From: Bacteroidota bacterium
GTDB lineage: Bacteria > Bacteroidota > Bacteroidia > Bacteroidales > B39-G9
Assembly: GCA_015222055.1 (NCBI GenBank)
Contig: JADFUR010000113.1
Location: forward strand, 41 to 64,040
Direction: 5' to 3'
Length of the DNA stretch: 64,000 nt
The notes below the pieces were generated by a model. The model was not told where the DNA came from and did no database searches. It saw nothing but the letters and a program-made list of their open reading frames with translations. Shown here piece after piece: positions 40,901-49,734 of this stretch. Both the position numbers and the translations under genes were made by a program. Within the stretch, counting starts at the first letter, position 1. Every line of letters starts with the position of its first letter.

Positions 40901-41659
40901 AAGATTATACCTCCCTAATCCACCACCACGAGTAGATATCCACATTATTTTTCCATCAACAAAAAGATATTCAACTTTATTGGCTTCTGAAGTCTCTTTT
41001 TTATCTAACTTTATTCGTGTAAATTTTTTTGTTTTCCCATCAAATTTATTTAAACCTTTATATGTGCCTATCCATATTGTACCTGAAGAATCTTCACAAA
41101 TACATTTAGCACGATTGTCGCTTAAAGTGTTATCATCGTTTGGATTGTATAGATATTTAGTAAAAATTTTTGTATCTCTATTATATACATTTACTCCACC
41201 TTCACTTGTTCCAACCCATAATTGGTTTTTAGTATCTTCAAAAATAAATCGAATTTTATCATTGCTAATTGAAGTGGAATCTATATCGCTATGTTTATGA
41301 TGAACAAAAAGGTTTGAATGAGGATCAAATTCGTCTAAACCACCACCATAAGTACCGCACCAAATTTTCCCAGACTTATCTTGATATATTTTTCCAAAAT
41401 TACTTGATGATAAAGAGTTTGCATTAATTGGATTATGACGAAAAACTTCAAAACTATAGCCATCATATCTATTTAAGCCGTCTTGGGTGGCAAACCACAT
41501 AAAACCATCGTTATCTTGAATTATTCCATAAACATTATTATGGGAAAGTCCTTGTTCAACAGTAAGATGATTAAATTTTAAATCTATTTCTTGTGCAAAG
41601 CTACAGTTGACATAAGCTAATAATAATATTATTATATTTACGCGTCTTAATAAATTCAT
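37913..41659 (-). CDS. two-component-regulator propeller (Reg_prop/Y_Y_Y) - TM - PAS - SpoIIE/PP2C phosphatase sensor
   Basis: 1248 aa. Repeated 'D..G..W.GT..GGL' blades, Y_Y_Y-like 'YKYKLQGFDEKWVY', a TM helix, a PAS-like segment, and C-terminal 'DIVSGDFYW...AVADCTGHGVPGAFMSMLG...DGYADQFGG...DDVLVVGLK'. Confidence 0.85.
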   Translation of the reverse strand: MNLLRRVNIIILLLAYVNCSFAQEIDLKFNHLTVEQGLSHNNVYGIIQDNDGFMWFATQDGLNRYDGYSFEVFRHNPINANSLSSSNFGKIYQDKSGKIWCGTYGGGLDEFDPHSNLFVHHKHSDIDSTSISNDKIRFIFEDTKNQLWVGTSEGGVNVYNRDTKIFTKYLYNPNDDNTLSDNRAKCICEDSSGTIWIGTYKGLNKFDGKTKKFTRIKLDKKETSEANKVEYLFVDGKIMWISTRGGGLGRYNLETNKIVFYKHDPKNKYSIQEDRVEFLFKDSFGNFWIGTYFGGLCRFDIKTNRFYNYQYDIGNIYSLSHNRVEYICEDKSHNLWIATRGGGINKLDLKPKKFNGIAYNPKKKNSLPHPNVLSITQDKEGYLWVGTDGGGLTKIDRKNNRYTNFKHKSHISTSISQSRIWSICIDKSGSLWAGTYSEGLNKMILKNGKYEFIRYKHDINDSNSISGNQINVIFQDDRGTIWVGTKSGLNKIIYSKDSSKVIFKHFRHQKNNPKSLRDDYISEIYQDKLKNLWIGTYVGGLNKFDYKTEAFQTINIDSKLQSSFRVEAITEDNNGVLWIGSEGGGIFEYDPKEKQIKQYCIDNEYSSNVILSILYDDFKYLWMGTSNGLLKFNIETKEIKNYTIFDGLLSNGFSRGACIKNNNGEMFFGCISGLSYFVFDEVHDNEYIPQIQITDFKIFNDSYWSDNKRELKRNIIENKEIELSYKDYVFSFVFSSLDYTVTQKNRYKYKLQGFDEKWVYTDKNEVTYTNLDPGNYNFVVKGSNSDGVWNETGISVKIIIKPPLWKKPWFYALELITLILIIILYNKIREKKLISDKKELEKNVKERTSELRQKNEEIEAQAEYLEHANKELEKLSIVASKTDNAIVIMDSKGNFEWVNDGFVRMYGYNLEQLVKEKDRNFVGASSNLQIQDLINIWYGDKKPIVYEALNKTRDGKEMWAQTTLTPILDNNNNILKLIAIDTDITKLKEADEQIMQKNIDITDSLSYAKRIQQSIMTPVNELEKYIENFILLRPKDIVSGDFYWFSKKGKKIIVAVADCTGHGVPGAFMSMLGISFLNKIIKERNIIKPKSILERLRHNVISSLKQTGKSGETSDGMDIAVITIDLTSNILEYSGALIPLYIIRNNELLKILPDRVPIGIYLDIEPSFTHNEMKVQKNDVIYMFSDGYADQFGGEKDNRFKLKNLKKLLLKIHNKELSEQKIILHKNFEEWKGEGEQVDDVLVVGLKV

Positions 41660-41685
41660 AATTTTCGGTAATAAAACGATAACTA

Positions 41686-44385
41686 CTAAAATTTTAGTCC
41701 AATTACTAACACATCGTCAATTTGTCTATTTTTCCCTTGCCATTGATTGAAGGTGTTCACCAAAATTTCTTTTTGTTTCTCCATAGATTGTTTATGATTA
41801 TCTATAATAAGTTGCTTGAAATTTCTTGATAAAAATTTTCGATCATTTTCCCCTCCAAACTGATCTACATAGCCATCGGAAAAGATATAAACGATGTCAT
41901 CTTTTTTTAATTGAATTTCATTATTAGTAAATGGCTGTTCTTTAAAGACAGTGATTCCAATTGGCATTTTATCTGCTTCTATTTCCGATAGTTGTCCATC
42001 TCTAATTAAATACAACGGATTATGTGCTCCGGCATATTGCAATTGATTTGTTTCATTATCGATAATACACAAGGCTATATCCATTCCATCGGCAGGCTCA
42101 TCAAAACTGCCCGTTTGATGAAGTGATGTTTTTACATTTTCTCTCAAAAGGTTTAAAATTTCGTTGGCTCTTGTCAATTCATTTTTATTAACAATTTCAT
42201 TTAAGAAAGAAATTCCGAGCATACTCATGAATGCACCAGGCACACCATGACCGGTACAATCAGCTGCCACAACAACTGTTTTGGTACCTATACTGTCTTT
42301 ATTTAAAATTTGTGTTATCCAATAAAAATCGCCACTTACAATATCTCTTGGCTTAAAAAATATAAAATGTTCGGGTAAAATTTCATCAATATATTTTACT
42401 GGAGGCAACACTGCATTTTGAATTCTACTAGCATACTCAATGCTGTCGGTTATTTTTCGCTTTTGTACTGTTATTTGATCACGTTGTTGTGTTGCTAAAT
42501 CACGTTGTGCTTCAATTTCATGATTTTGTTCTTCAATTGCATCACGCTGTGCTTGTATTTCTTCTTTTTGAAGCAATATTTCTTTATTCTTTAATTCTAA
42601 AAGTTCATAAGCTTTCTTAATTCGAGTCTTTTGTTTGAATAGAATAAATGAAAAAATTAAAATTACTATCAAAACGGAAACAACCGAATAAATGAATATT
42701 CTTTGTCTCTTTATTTCTTCATGATTCTTAGCTAATTCTAATTCTTTTAATTTTTTATCTTTGTTTAATAATTGAATTTCTTTTTCTTTCTTCTCTGTCT
42801 CATACCTAATTTGCATATCGGCAATTTTCTTTATACTCTCACGATTTAGTATACTGTCTTTTTCATTTGAATATGCCTGATAATTTTCATACGCTTTTTT
42901 GTAATTGCCTTTTTGTGCATATAGTTTTGAGAAAATAAAATATGTATCTTTTATTAAATTCTTATTCTTTAACTCTTTAGCGTATTTTAATGATTTGTTT
43001 AAATATTTTAATGCTTCGTTATAATTTTTCTTTATAAGATAAATTTCACCAATATCTTTTGATGTAATAGCAATGCCAGTATTATCATTAATATCTGTTC
43101 TTATTTTTAACGATTTTTTAAAATAATCAAGAGAAGTGAATACGTCTCCTGTTTTTTTATACAAATTCCCGACATTATTTAATATTAATGCGGAATTTTT
43201 TAAGTCACCAATATGTTGGTATATATTTAAAGCTCTCTGATAATGCAAAACAGATTGCTTTATGTTGTTCAAATTTTTATAAATAAGTCCAATATTATTT
43301 AATGAGCGTGCAATTAAAATCTTATCGCCTATCTTCTGCCTTAAATCAAGTGCATGTTTATAATATTCTAATGCTTTTTCAAAATCTTTGCTTTTCCAAT
43401 AAATGCTCCCAATAAAATTATACGAGTTTGCTATTAGAGTATTGTCTCCAATTTCCTGATATTTTGTTAATGCTTTGTTGTAATATTCCAGAGCTTTCTC
43501 AAAGTTATTCAAATCTTTGTATATAAGTCCTATATTGTTTAGCGAAGCCGCAATAAGAACTTCATTTCCAATTTTTTCACGAATATCAAGTGATTTTAAA
43601 TAATTCTCAAGTGCTAATTTGTAACTACTCAATTTCCAATAAACACTTCCAATATTATTATACGAAGAAGCTATCCCTTGTATGTTATCAATTGATTTTC
43701 TTATATCTAATGATTTTCTGTAATAATATAATGATTTATCATAATCATTCAAATTTTTATATACTGTTCCAATATTATTTAATGAATTTGCAATATCCAT
43801 TTTATCATCTATCTGTACTCTAATATCAAGAGATTTCTGATAATAATTTAAAGCATTTATATAATTATTCAATTTTAAATAAACACTTCCAATATTATTA
43901 TATGCAGATGCAATTTTCTTTTTATTGCCTAATTTTTGCTTAATCAGTAGCGATTTTTTATAAAATTCCAATGCCTTCTCATAACTGCTTAAACCTTTAT
44001 AAACCATACCAATATTATTAAGCGAAGCAGAAATATTAACACTATCTTTTAACTCAATGCGAATATCTAACGATTGTTTATAATATTCTAAAGCTTTAAG
44101 ATAATTACTCAATTTCCAGTAAACGCTCCCAATATTGTTCAAAGATGAAGCTATTCCAGACTTATTATCAATTTCTTTATTTATGATTAACGATTGTTGA
44201 TGATAGTTCATAGCATTTTCAAAATCATTTAAATTTTTGTAAGCAAAACCTATTTGACTTAATGTAATAGCAACAACTTTTTTATTGTCTGAAGTGCTGG
44301 CTATGTTTTTTAAACTATCTATGTTTATTGCAAGTGATGATATACTTATAAGAGAGGCTGTTAGAAAAAATAATAATCTATTCAT
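41686..44385 (-). CDS. TPR array - TM - coiled coil - SpoIIE/PP2C phosphatase sensor
   Basis: 899 aa. TPR units as in the kinase paralog, TM helix 'IFIYSVVSVLIVILIFSFILF', coiled coil 'EIQAQRDAIEEQNHEIEAQRD', and SpoIIE motifs 'DIVSGDFYW', 'AADCTGHGVPGAFMSMLG', 'DDVLVIGLK'. Confidence 0.85.
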   Translation of the reverse strand: MNRLLFFLTASLISISSLAINIDSLKNIASTSDNKKVVAITLSQIGFAYKNLNDFENAMNYHQQSLIINKEIDNKSGIASSLNNIGSVYWKLSNYLKALEYYKQSLDIRIELKDSVNISASLNNIGMVYKGLSSYEKALEFYKKSLLIKQKLGNKKKIASAYNNIGSVYLKLNNYINALNYYQKSLDIRVQIDDKMDIANSLNNIGTVYKNLNDYDKSLYYYRKSLDIRKSIDNIQGIASSYNNIGSVYWKLSSYKLALENYLKSLDIREKIGNEVLIAASLNNIGLIYKDLNNFEKALEYYNKALTKYQEIGDNTLIANSYNFIGSIYWKSKDFEKALEYYKHALDLRQKIGDKILIARSLNNIGLIYKNLNNIKQSVLHYQRALNIYQHIGDLKNSALILNNVGNLYKKTGDVFTSLDYFKKSLKIRTDINDNTGIAITSKDIGEIYLIKKNYNEALKYLNKSLKYAKELKNKNLIKDTYFIFSKLYAQKGNYKKAYENYQAYSNEKDSILNRESIKKIADMQIRYETEKKEKEIQLLNKDKKLKELELAKNHEEIKRQRIFIYSVVSVLIVILIFSFILFKQKTRIKKAYELLELKNKEILLQKEEIQAQRDAIEEQNHEIEAQRDLATQQRDQITVQKRKITDSIEYASRIQNAVLPPVKYIDEILPEHFIFFKPRDIVSGDFYWITQILNKDSIGTKTVVVAADCTGHGVPGAFMSMLGISFLNEIVNKNELTRANEILNLLRENVKTSLHQTGSFDEPADGMDIALCIIDNETNQLQYAGAHNPLYLIRDGQLSEIEADKMPIGITVFKEQPFTNNEIQLKKDDIVYIFSDGYVDQFGGENDRKFLSRNFKQLIIDNHKQSMEKQKEILVNTFNQWQGKNRQIDDVLVIGLKF

Positions 44386-44468
44386 AGATGTTATTATTGA
44401 TAAAATGTTGTTTTTTATAGTTATTTTTTATAAAAATACTTTTTTTCTCAGGATTTTCATATAAAAAT

Positions 44469-45848
44469 TTACTTTTTTAAGTCTGTAATTTTGCTCTTTG
44501 CTTGACCTTCATAAAATATTGTTGTTAGTTCATCTTCATTAGAAAGCTGCTTTGTAGATTTTATCAACTCTCCGTCTTTATAAGTTATTGAATATCCTTT
44601 TTTTAGAATATGAACAGGATCTGAATGATCAACAGTATTTTTAAAAATTTTAAGTTTTTGTTCTTCATTTAAGAGGTATTTGTTAACACTATTGTTAACG
44701 TTCTTAATCAAGAGAGATATGTTATGATTTTTATCAGAAATACAATTATTCATCTTATAATGAATATTGGTAGTATTTTGTTTTAAGCTTGTTTCTTTAT
44801 TCTCAAAATAATTCTTTGTCGAATTTTTAAGTTTATTGGTGTATAAAAATAAATTATTCTGATTCAATTGTATAATTTGTTTAACAAGAGGTGAAAATGT
44901 GTATTTCAAATAATCTAATTCTGTTTGTTTTTCATTAATGAAATCACTCACATTATTAACAAAATTATCTTTAAGGTCAAATAAATACTCATCGAAACTC
45001 TCAATGCGTGAGATTAAAAATTCAGCTACGGCAGTTGGTGTTTTAACTTTTACGTTTGCAACAATATCTACAATAGTATCGTCACGTTCATGACCAATAC
45101 CTGAAATAATTGGTAAGGGAAATTGTGTAATATTATATGCTAACCAATAATTATCGAAACAACTTAAATCGGATTTTGAACCTCCTCCCCTAATAATAAC
45201 AACAAGGTCGAAAAAATCCTCATATTTATAAATTTTATCTAAGGCATTAATAATTGACTCTTCGGCTTTATCGCCTTGCATTAATGCAGGGAAAAGTTTA
45301 TAATAAAATTTATATCCATTATTATTATTATCCAATTGATTTACAAAATCGCCATAACCAGCAGCTGTTTCTGACGAAATGACAGCAATTTTTTGAGCAA
45401 CAAGGGGAATTTCCAATTCCTTATTCATGGTAATAACCCCCTCATCTTCAAGTTTTTTAATAATTTTGAGGCGTTTTTTTGCTAAATCACCAATGGTATA
45501 GGTAGGTTCAATATCAATAATATTTAAACTCATGCCATATATTTCGTGAAATTCAACCTTAACATTAACCATAATTTTTAATCCGTCTGACAGTTCTCTA
45601 CCGGTTGAAGTTTCAAAATATGGTTTTATCATACGAAAAGTATATGCCCAAATTGTTGCTCGTGATTTTGCAATTATTTTTTCAGATATTTCGTCTTTTT
45701 CAATAAGCTCTATATAGCAATGACCAGTTCGATTAATATTAATCTCACTAATCTCTGCAATTATCCAATACGAAGCATTAAAAGCAATTTTAACAGCTTT
45801 TTTTATGTTTTTGTTTAATTCGGTTAATGAGAGAGCGTTATTGTTCAT
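44469..45848 (-). CDS. xseA: exodeoxyribonuclease VII large subunit
   Basis: 459 aa. 'LSLTELNKNIKKAV...YWIIAEISEININRTGHCYIELIEKD' (OB fold) and 'VVIIRGGGSKSDLSCFD'. Confidence 0.9.
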   Translation of the reverse strand: MNNNALSLTELNKNIKKAVKIAFNASYWIIAEISEININRTGHCYIELIEKDEISEKIIAKSRATIWAYTFRMIKPYFETSTGRELSDGLKIMVNVKVEFHEIYGMSLNIIDIEPTYTIGDLAKKRLKIIKKLEDEGVITMNKELEIPLVAQKIAVISSETAAGYGDFVNQLDNNNNGYKFYYKLFPALMQGDKAEESIINALDKIYKYEDFFDLVVIIRGGGSKSDLSCFDNYWLAYNITQFPLPIISGIGHERDDTIVDIVANVKVKTPTAVAEFLISRIESFDEYLFDLKDNFVNNVSDFINEKQTELDYLKYTFSPLVKQIIQLNQNNLFLYTNKLKNSTKNYFENKETSLKQNTTNIHYKMNNCISDKNHNISLLIKNVNNSVNKYLLNEEQKLKIFKNTVDHSDPVHILKKGYSITYKDGELIKSTKQLSNEDELTTIFYEGQAKSKITDLKK

Positions 45849-45903
45849 ACTAACTTTATATTAAAGAATCAAAGCTAATAAAAAATAATAGAGACACAAA
45901 GAA

Positions 45904-46043
45904 TTAGGAAGTAAGAATTATGAAGTAAAAAGTAGGAAGTAGAAAGTAGGAAATAGAAAGTAGGAAATAGAAAGTAGGAAATAGAAAGTAGAAAGTAGGA
46001 AGTAAGAAGTAGGAAGTAGGAAGTAGGAAGTAGGAAGTATAAC
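45904..46043. repeat. about 20 tandem heptamers, consensus (G/A)TAG(G/A)AA
   Basis: Hand parsing gives TTAGGAA GTAAGAA TTATGAA GTAAAAA GTAGGAA GTAGAAA (GTAGGAA ATAGAAA)x3 GTAGAAA GTAGGAA GTAAGAA GTAGGAAx4 GTATAAC. There is no C on the + strand across about 150 nt. Confidence 0.9.
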
Positions 46044-46308
46044 TTTAAGCTGACTTGTAATATTAATCAACTATAAATAATTTTTTTTTGCGTTCTGTAA
46101 AAAAAAATCCTAAAGGAAAAAAAACAGAATCGCCTACAGAGCAATTTAAAATATTCAAAGAATCAAATTTTACAAATATGCTCTATTTACTGAACTCCTA
46201 TAATTAATTGGTATTAAACAGATTGTTAAATTTTAAATCCAGAAGTATCGGCATCTAGCTGTTGCTCAACTTTCAACTTTATGAACTTTAAACTTTATGA
46301 ACTATATG

Positions 46309-47976
46309 TTATTGTTTAATGACTTTTTTTGTAAAAAATTTATCTTTAGATGCCACTCGCAAAAAATAAATTCCGTTTTCTAACCCGCTAAAATTAATTT
46401 GAATTTTATTATAATTAGTAAAAGCTAAATTATGCTTGTCAAATGATATTTTTTGTCCTAAAATATTGTATAATTCTATTTCAATATTATTATTATCAGT
46501 AGAATAAAAATCAAAATTTAAAACATCTTTAAAAGGGTTTGGGTAAACACTTATAATATTTTCATTTCCGGAATCCTGATAGTCAAGCAAGAGGTTTGCG
46601 TTATCAAAATTAGGTATTCCATATCCAGTAATATTATAGGGATTATTGTAATGATTTGAACTTTGAACAATTGCATTAAAAATTTGCATATTATTAGCTT
46701 TTGGATGAGCTTGCCACAAACAAGCAGCTAAACCTGCAATTATTGGTGTTGAAAAAGATGTGCCGTTACCCTCGTAAAATTCACCGTTTGTGCCTTGATA
46801 AACAGTGTTTTCACCTTGCGAAACAATATTTGGTTTAGTTCTACCGTCATAAGTTGGACCGATTGAGCTAAACGATGCGTATTCACCTTTTTCATTAACA
46901 GCACCAATGCACAAAACACTATCAGCGTCGGAAGGGGCAGAAATATATTTCCAAGGTTTGTTTCCTTCGTTGCCAGCACTATTTACAACTAATATTCCTT
47001 TGCTTGCAGCAATATTTGCAGCTCTTGAAATTCGTGTTGTTTTGCCATCCATATCAGCATAAGTATGACTTTGAGAAGCATCGTCGAAAGTAGAATACCC
47101 TAACGAACTGGAAATAACATCAGCACCAACGCTATCGGCAAACTCAGCGGCTGAAGCCCAATTTTCTTCCTCAATTAAACTTTCAGAAGAAGCATCTTCG
47201 CTACGAAGCAACCAGTATTTTGCTTGTGGAGCTGTACCAATAAAAGTATAGGGTATATTTCCTGCAAGAATAGATAAAACAGACATCCCATGAGAATGAT
47301 CTTCATAAACACTATTATCTCCTTGAACAAAATCTTTTGTACCAAGTATTTGGTTATTAATTCGTAAACTATCGAAAGCAGGTAATGAATTAACATGATA
47401 AAACCCTGCATCAATCACAGCTATTTGCATTTTTTGCCCTTGATAGCCTTGATTATGTAGAATTTGACCATTTAACATCTCTATTTGATTTGTGGATAAA
47501 CCATAATCAAGAATACCAATTTTCTTGTCAATAGAATTATATTCTACTTTACTAACCTGATTAAAAAACTTATGGTAATTGGAATTCTTTTTATGTATTG
47601 ATGCTGACTTTGTTAAATTCTTAATAAATGATATATTTTCAATTGTGTCTAACAATAATGAATCTTCCGAAAATATTGTAAGCGAATTAAACCATTTTGA
47701 TTTATTTAAAATTGTCAGTCCCAAATTTTTCAAACTATCAACATAAGCAGAAGTAATAGGCAAATCATTCTCAACAATATTTATGTCTTGTTTAATTCGT
47801 CTATCAATTGCTCTTTGAGAAAGAAATTCATTTGGATTGTTTACAGAATATTGGTTATTATTTTTATCGGTAAATGATATAACATACTTATTTGGAGAAA
47901 CTTGTGCATAAAGATTGATGTTGCACAAGAAAATAATTATTAAAACAATTTTATGGAATTTATTATTTATTGCCAT
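46309..47976 (-). CDS. S8 (subtilisin-family) serine peptidase with T9SS C-terminal sorting domain
   Basis: 555 aa. Catalytic D/H/S contexts 'IAVIDAGF', 'HGMSVLS', 'GTSFSTPIIAG'. C-terminus 'ISVYPNPFKDVLNF...GIYFLRV' is the Por/T9SS CTD pattern. Confidence 0.9.
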   Translation of the reverse strand: MAINNKFHKIVLIIIFLCNINLYAQVSPNKYVISFTDKNNNQYSVNNPNEFLSQRAIDRRIKQDINIVENDLPITSAYVDSLKNLGLTILNKSKWFNSLTIFSEDSLLLDTIENISFIKNLTKSASIHKKNSNYHKFFNQVSKVEYNSIDKKIGILDYGLSTNQIEMLNGQILHNQGYQGQKMQIAVIDAGFYHVNSLPAFDSLRINNQILGTKDFVQGDNSVYEDHSHGMSVLSILAGNIPYTFIGTAPQAKYWLLRSEDASSESLIEEENWASAAEFADSVGADVISSSLGYSTFDDASQSHTYADMDGKTTRISRAANIAASKGILVVNSAGNEGNKPWKYISAPSDADSVLCIGAVNEKGEYASFSSIGPTYDGRTKPNIVSQGENTVYQGTNGEFYEGNGTSFSTPIIAGLAACLWQAHPKANNMQIFNAIVQSSNHYNNPYNITGYGIPNFDNANLLLDYQDSGNENIISVYPNPFKDVLNFDFYSTDNNNIEIELYNILGQKISFDKHNLAFTNYNKIQINFSGLENGIYFLRVASKDKFFTKKVIKQ

Positions 47977-48691
47977 AATCTGATATTTGCAAAGTAAAAA
48001 TTGTTCCTGTTTTTATTCGTTGTTCAATTGGCACGGAAGGGTCAAAACCTGATTGGTTTGATAAAATTTTAATTTCTTTTTTATATACTAAACCAATATT
48101 TTTGGCATATTTTTCAAAACTGTAATTTTTATGAATTAGACTCGTATCAACTACTTGTGTAACCATTAAAACAGAATCGAAACTAATATTATTAATCACA
48201 TCATTAATATCAAGTTGAGTAATTTCATATTTAAATTCATTTAATGTATTGAGCATATTATACAAATTTCCATTCCATGTTTTGTTAATTATTAATGGAA
48301 ACGATAATTTTACATATCTAATATTTTCTTCAACTCTTTGTGCAGCATTATTTATTAGCTGAGCAGTCCAAACATCTTTAATCTCCCAAGAGCTAGAAGC
48401 GTCTTGCCTAATATATCGGTTAATACGATAGGCTTCACTTTGTGTTTCATCAGTAAAAGAGAAATCTACGAATTCTTTTATTTGATAATAGCTTGTGTCA
48501 AAAACCTCCGAAGGTTCATCAATATTTATGTCTTCAACATCATAAATAATCCAACTGCCTACGTTTAATGGGAAATACTTATAATCATTTGCTAAACTAT
48601 TATCAACTTTTACGTTATTTTCTTCACAAGATGACAACAAAAAAGCTGATATAATAATTATAATGAGATTATATGTTGTTTTACGAATCAT
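47963..48691 (-). CDS. hypothetical lipoprotein
   Basis: 242 aa. Lipobox 'AFLLSSC'. 14-nt overlap with the peptidase gene. No family recognised. Confidence 0.5.
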   Translation of the reverse strand: MIRKTTYNLIIIIISAFLLSSCEENNVKVDNSLANDYKYFPLNVGSWIIYDVEDINIDEPSEVFDTSYYQIKEFVDFSFTDETQSEAYRINRYIRQDASSSWEIKDVWTAQLINNAAQRVEENIRYVKLSFPLIINKTWNGNLYNMLNTLNEFKYEITQLDINDVINNISFDSVLMVTQVVDTSLIHKNYSFEKYAKNIGLVYKKEIKILSNQSGFDPSVPIEQRIKTGTIFTLQISDYGNK

Positions 48692-48697
48692 GAAAGA

Positions 48698-49504
48698 TTA
48701 ATTATCATACATTTTATCTAATTCTTCTGAAGGTTCTTTAAATTTCCCTTTGTTTTTTTCAAAAGAGTTTAATTCGATTGTCTCATTGTTGATTAATTCT
48801 TCTTGTTTATCAGCAATTCCTTTTTCATAATTGACTTCTTCTTTAAATTTTCCTTTTTCATCATAAAAAACCCACTTGCCTTCTCTGTAGTCATTTTTAT
48901 ATTCACCCTGAATTATTTTAATTCCAGCATCATTGTAAGAAGCAAATTCCCCTTCACTTATTCCGTTTTTGTATTCTTTTTGCATTCTCAACTTACCATT
49001 TAAAAAATACTGTTTATTTTCACCATTTTTAATTCCATCTTTCCAATTTGCTATTTCACACACATTTCCATTCTGAAAATAGCATGTAGTTAAGCCGTTC
49101 TTTTGCCCTTTTATAAAATTTTCCTGTAATATTAACACACTATCTTTCTCATAATAACTCCAAACACTATCTTTCTCTTTATTATAGAAAAAACCCGTAG
49201 ATTCTACTTTCCCAAATTTATCATAAAAGGTAACAGATGATTGTTTATTCTTTTCTAAAAAAGTTTGAATCGAAATTAATTCTCCTTTATCATTATATCT
49301 TTTAAGTTCTCCAACAGGCTTGTTATTCTTAAAAGCACCTTCGTATTTAAGTTTACCGTTATAATGTTTTTTTTGCCAGAAACCTTGTTTGTCACCATTA
49401 ATATCGACATAATTTTTAATCACTCCGCCTTTTTGTCCAACATTTTGTGCTTCTATACTTATTGAAAAAATTATTGATAGTATAATAAGTAGTAAATTTT
49501 TCAT
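48698..49504 (-). CDS. MORN-repeat-variant (YwqK-like) secreted protein
   Basis: 268 aa. Signal peptide, then repeated 'G..K.Y..NGKL..E...KNG...GE' units. Confidence 0.7.
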   Translation of the reverse strand: MKNLLLIILSIIFSISIEAQNVGQKGGVIKNYVDINGDKQGFWQKKHYNGKLKYEGAFKNNKPVGELKRYNDKGELISIQTFLEKNKQSSVTFYDKFGKVESTGFFYNKEKDSVWSYYEKDSVLILQENFIKGQKNGLTTCYFQNGNVCEIANWKDGIKNGENKQYFLNGKLRMQKEYKNGISEGEFASYNDAGIKIIQGEYKNDYREGKWVFYDEKGKFKEEVNYEKGIADKQEELINNETIELNSFEKNKGKFKEPSEELDKMYDN

Positions 49505-49678
49505 TTGTCTAAAAATTTTATTTAAGTTATTCTGTTTAGTTTAACATCTGCAAAAAAAATTCTGTAGTGAATTAAGTTTCTAAGTATGTTTAATAAAAAT
49601 TCAATTAAATAATAAAAAGTAAAGATAATAATTTAATAATAAAACAATAAAAGAATAAAACTAATGTGAGTAAAAATG

Positions 49679-49712
49679 AAAAAAAAACCGTCCAATAAAA
49701 ATAAAGGACGGT
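49679..49712 (-). terminator. intrinsic terminator after dnaK
   Basis: On the minus strand: ACCGTCC - 12-nt loop - GGACGGT followed by T8, 23 nt after the dnaK stop. Confidence 0.75.
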
Positions 49713-49734
49713 TCGTGTTAATTAGTTAATCATT

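Noticed and set aside
34953-44385. Extensive ~120-nt periodic DNA repeats inside the sensor genes
   Set aside because: They are in frame and encode the ~40-aa TPR units of the proteins. They are coding repeats, not a mobile element or non-coding array.
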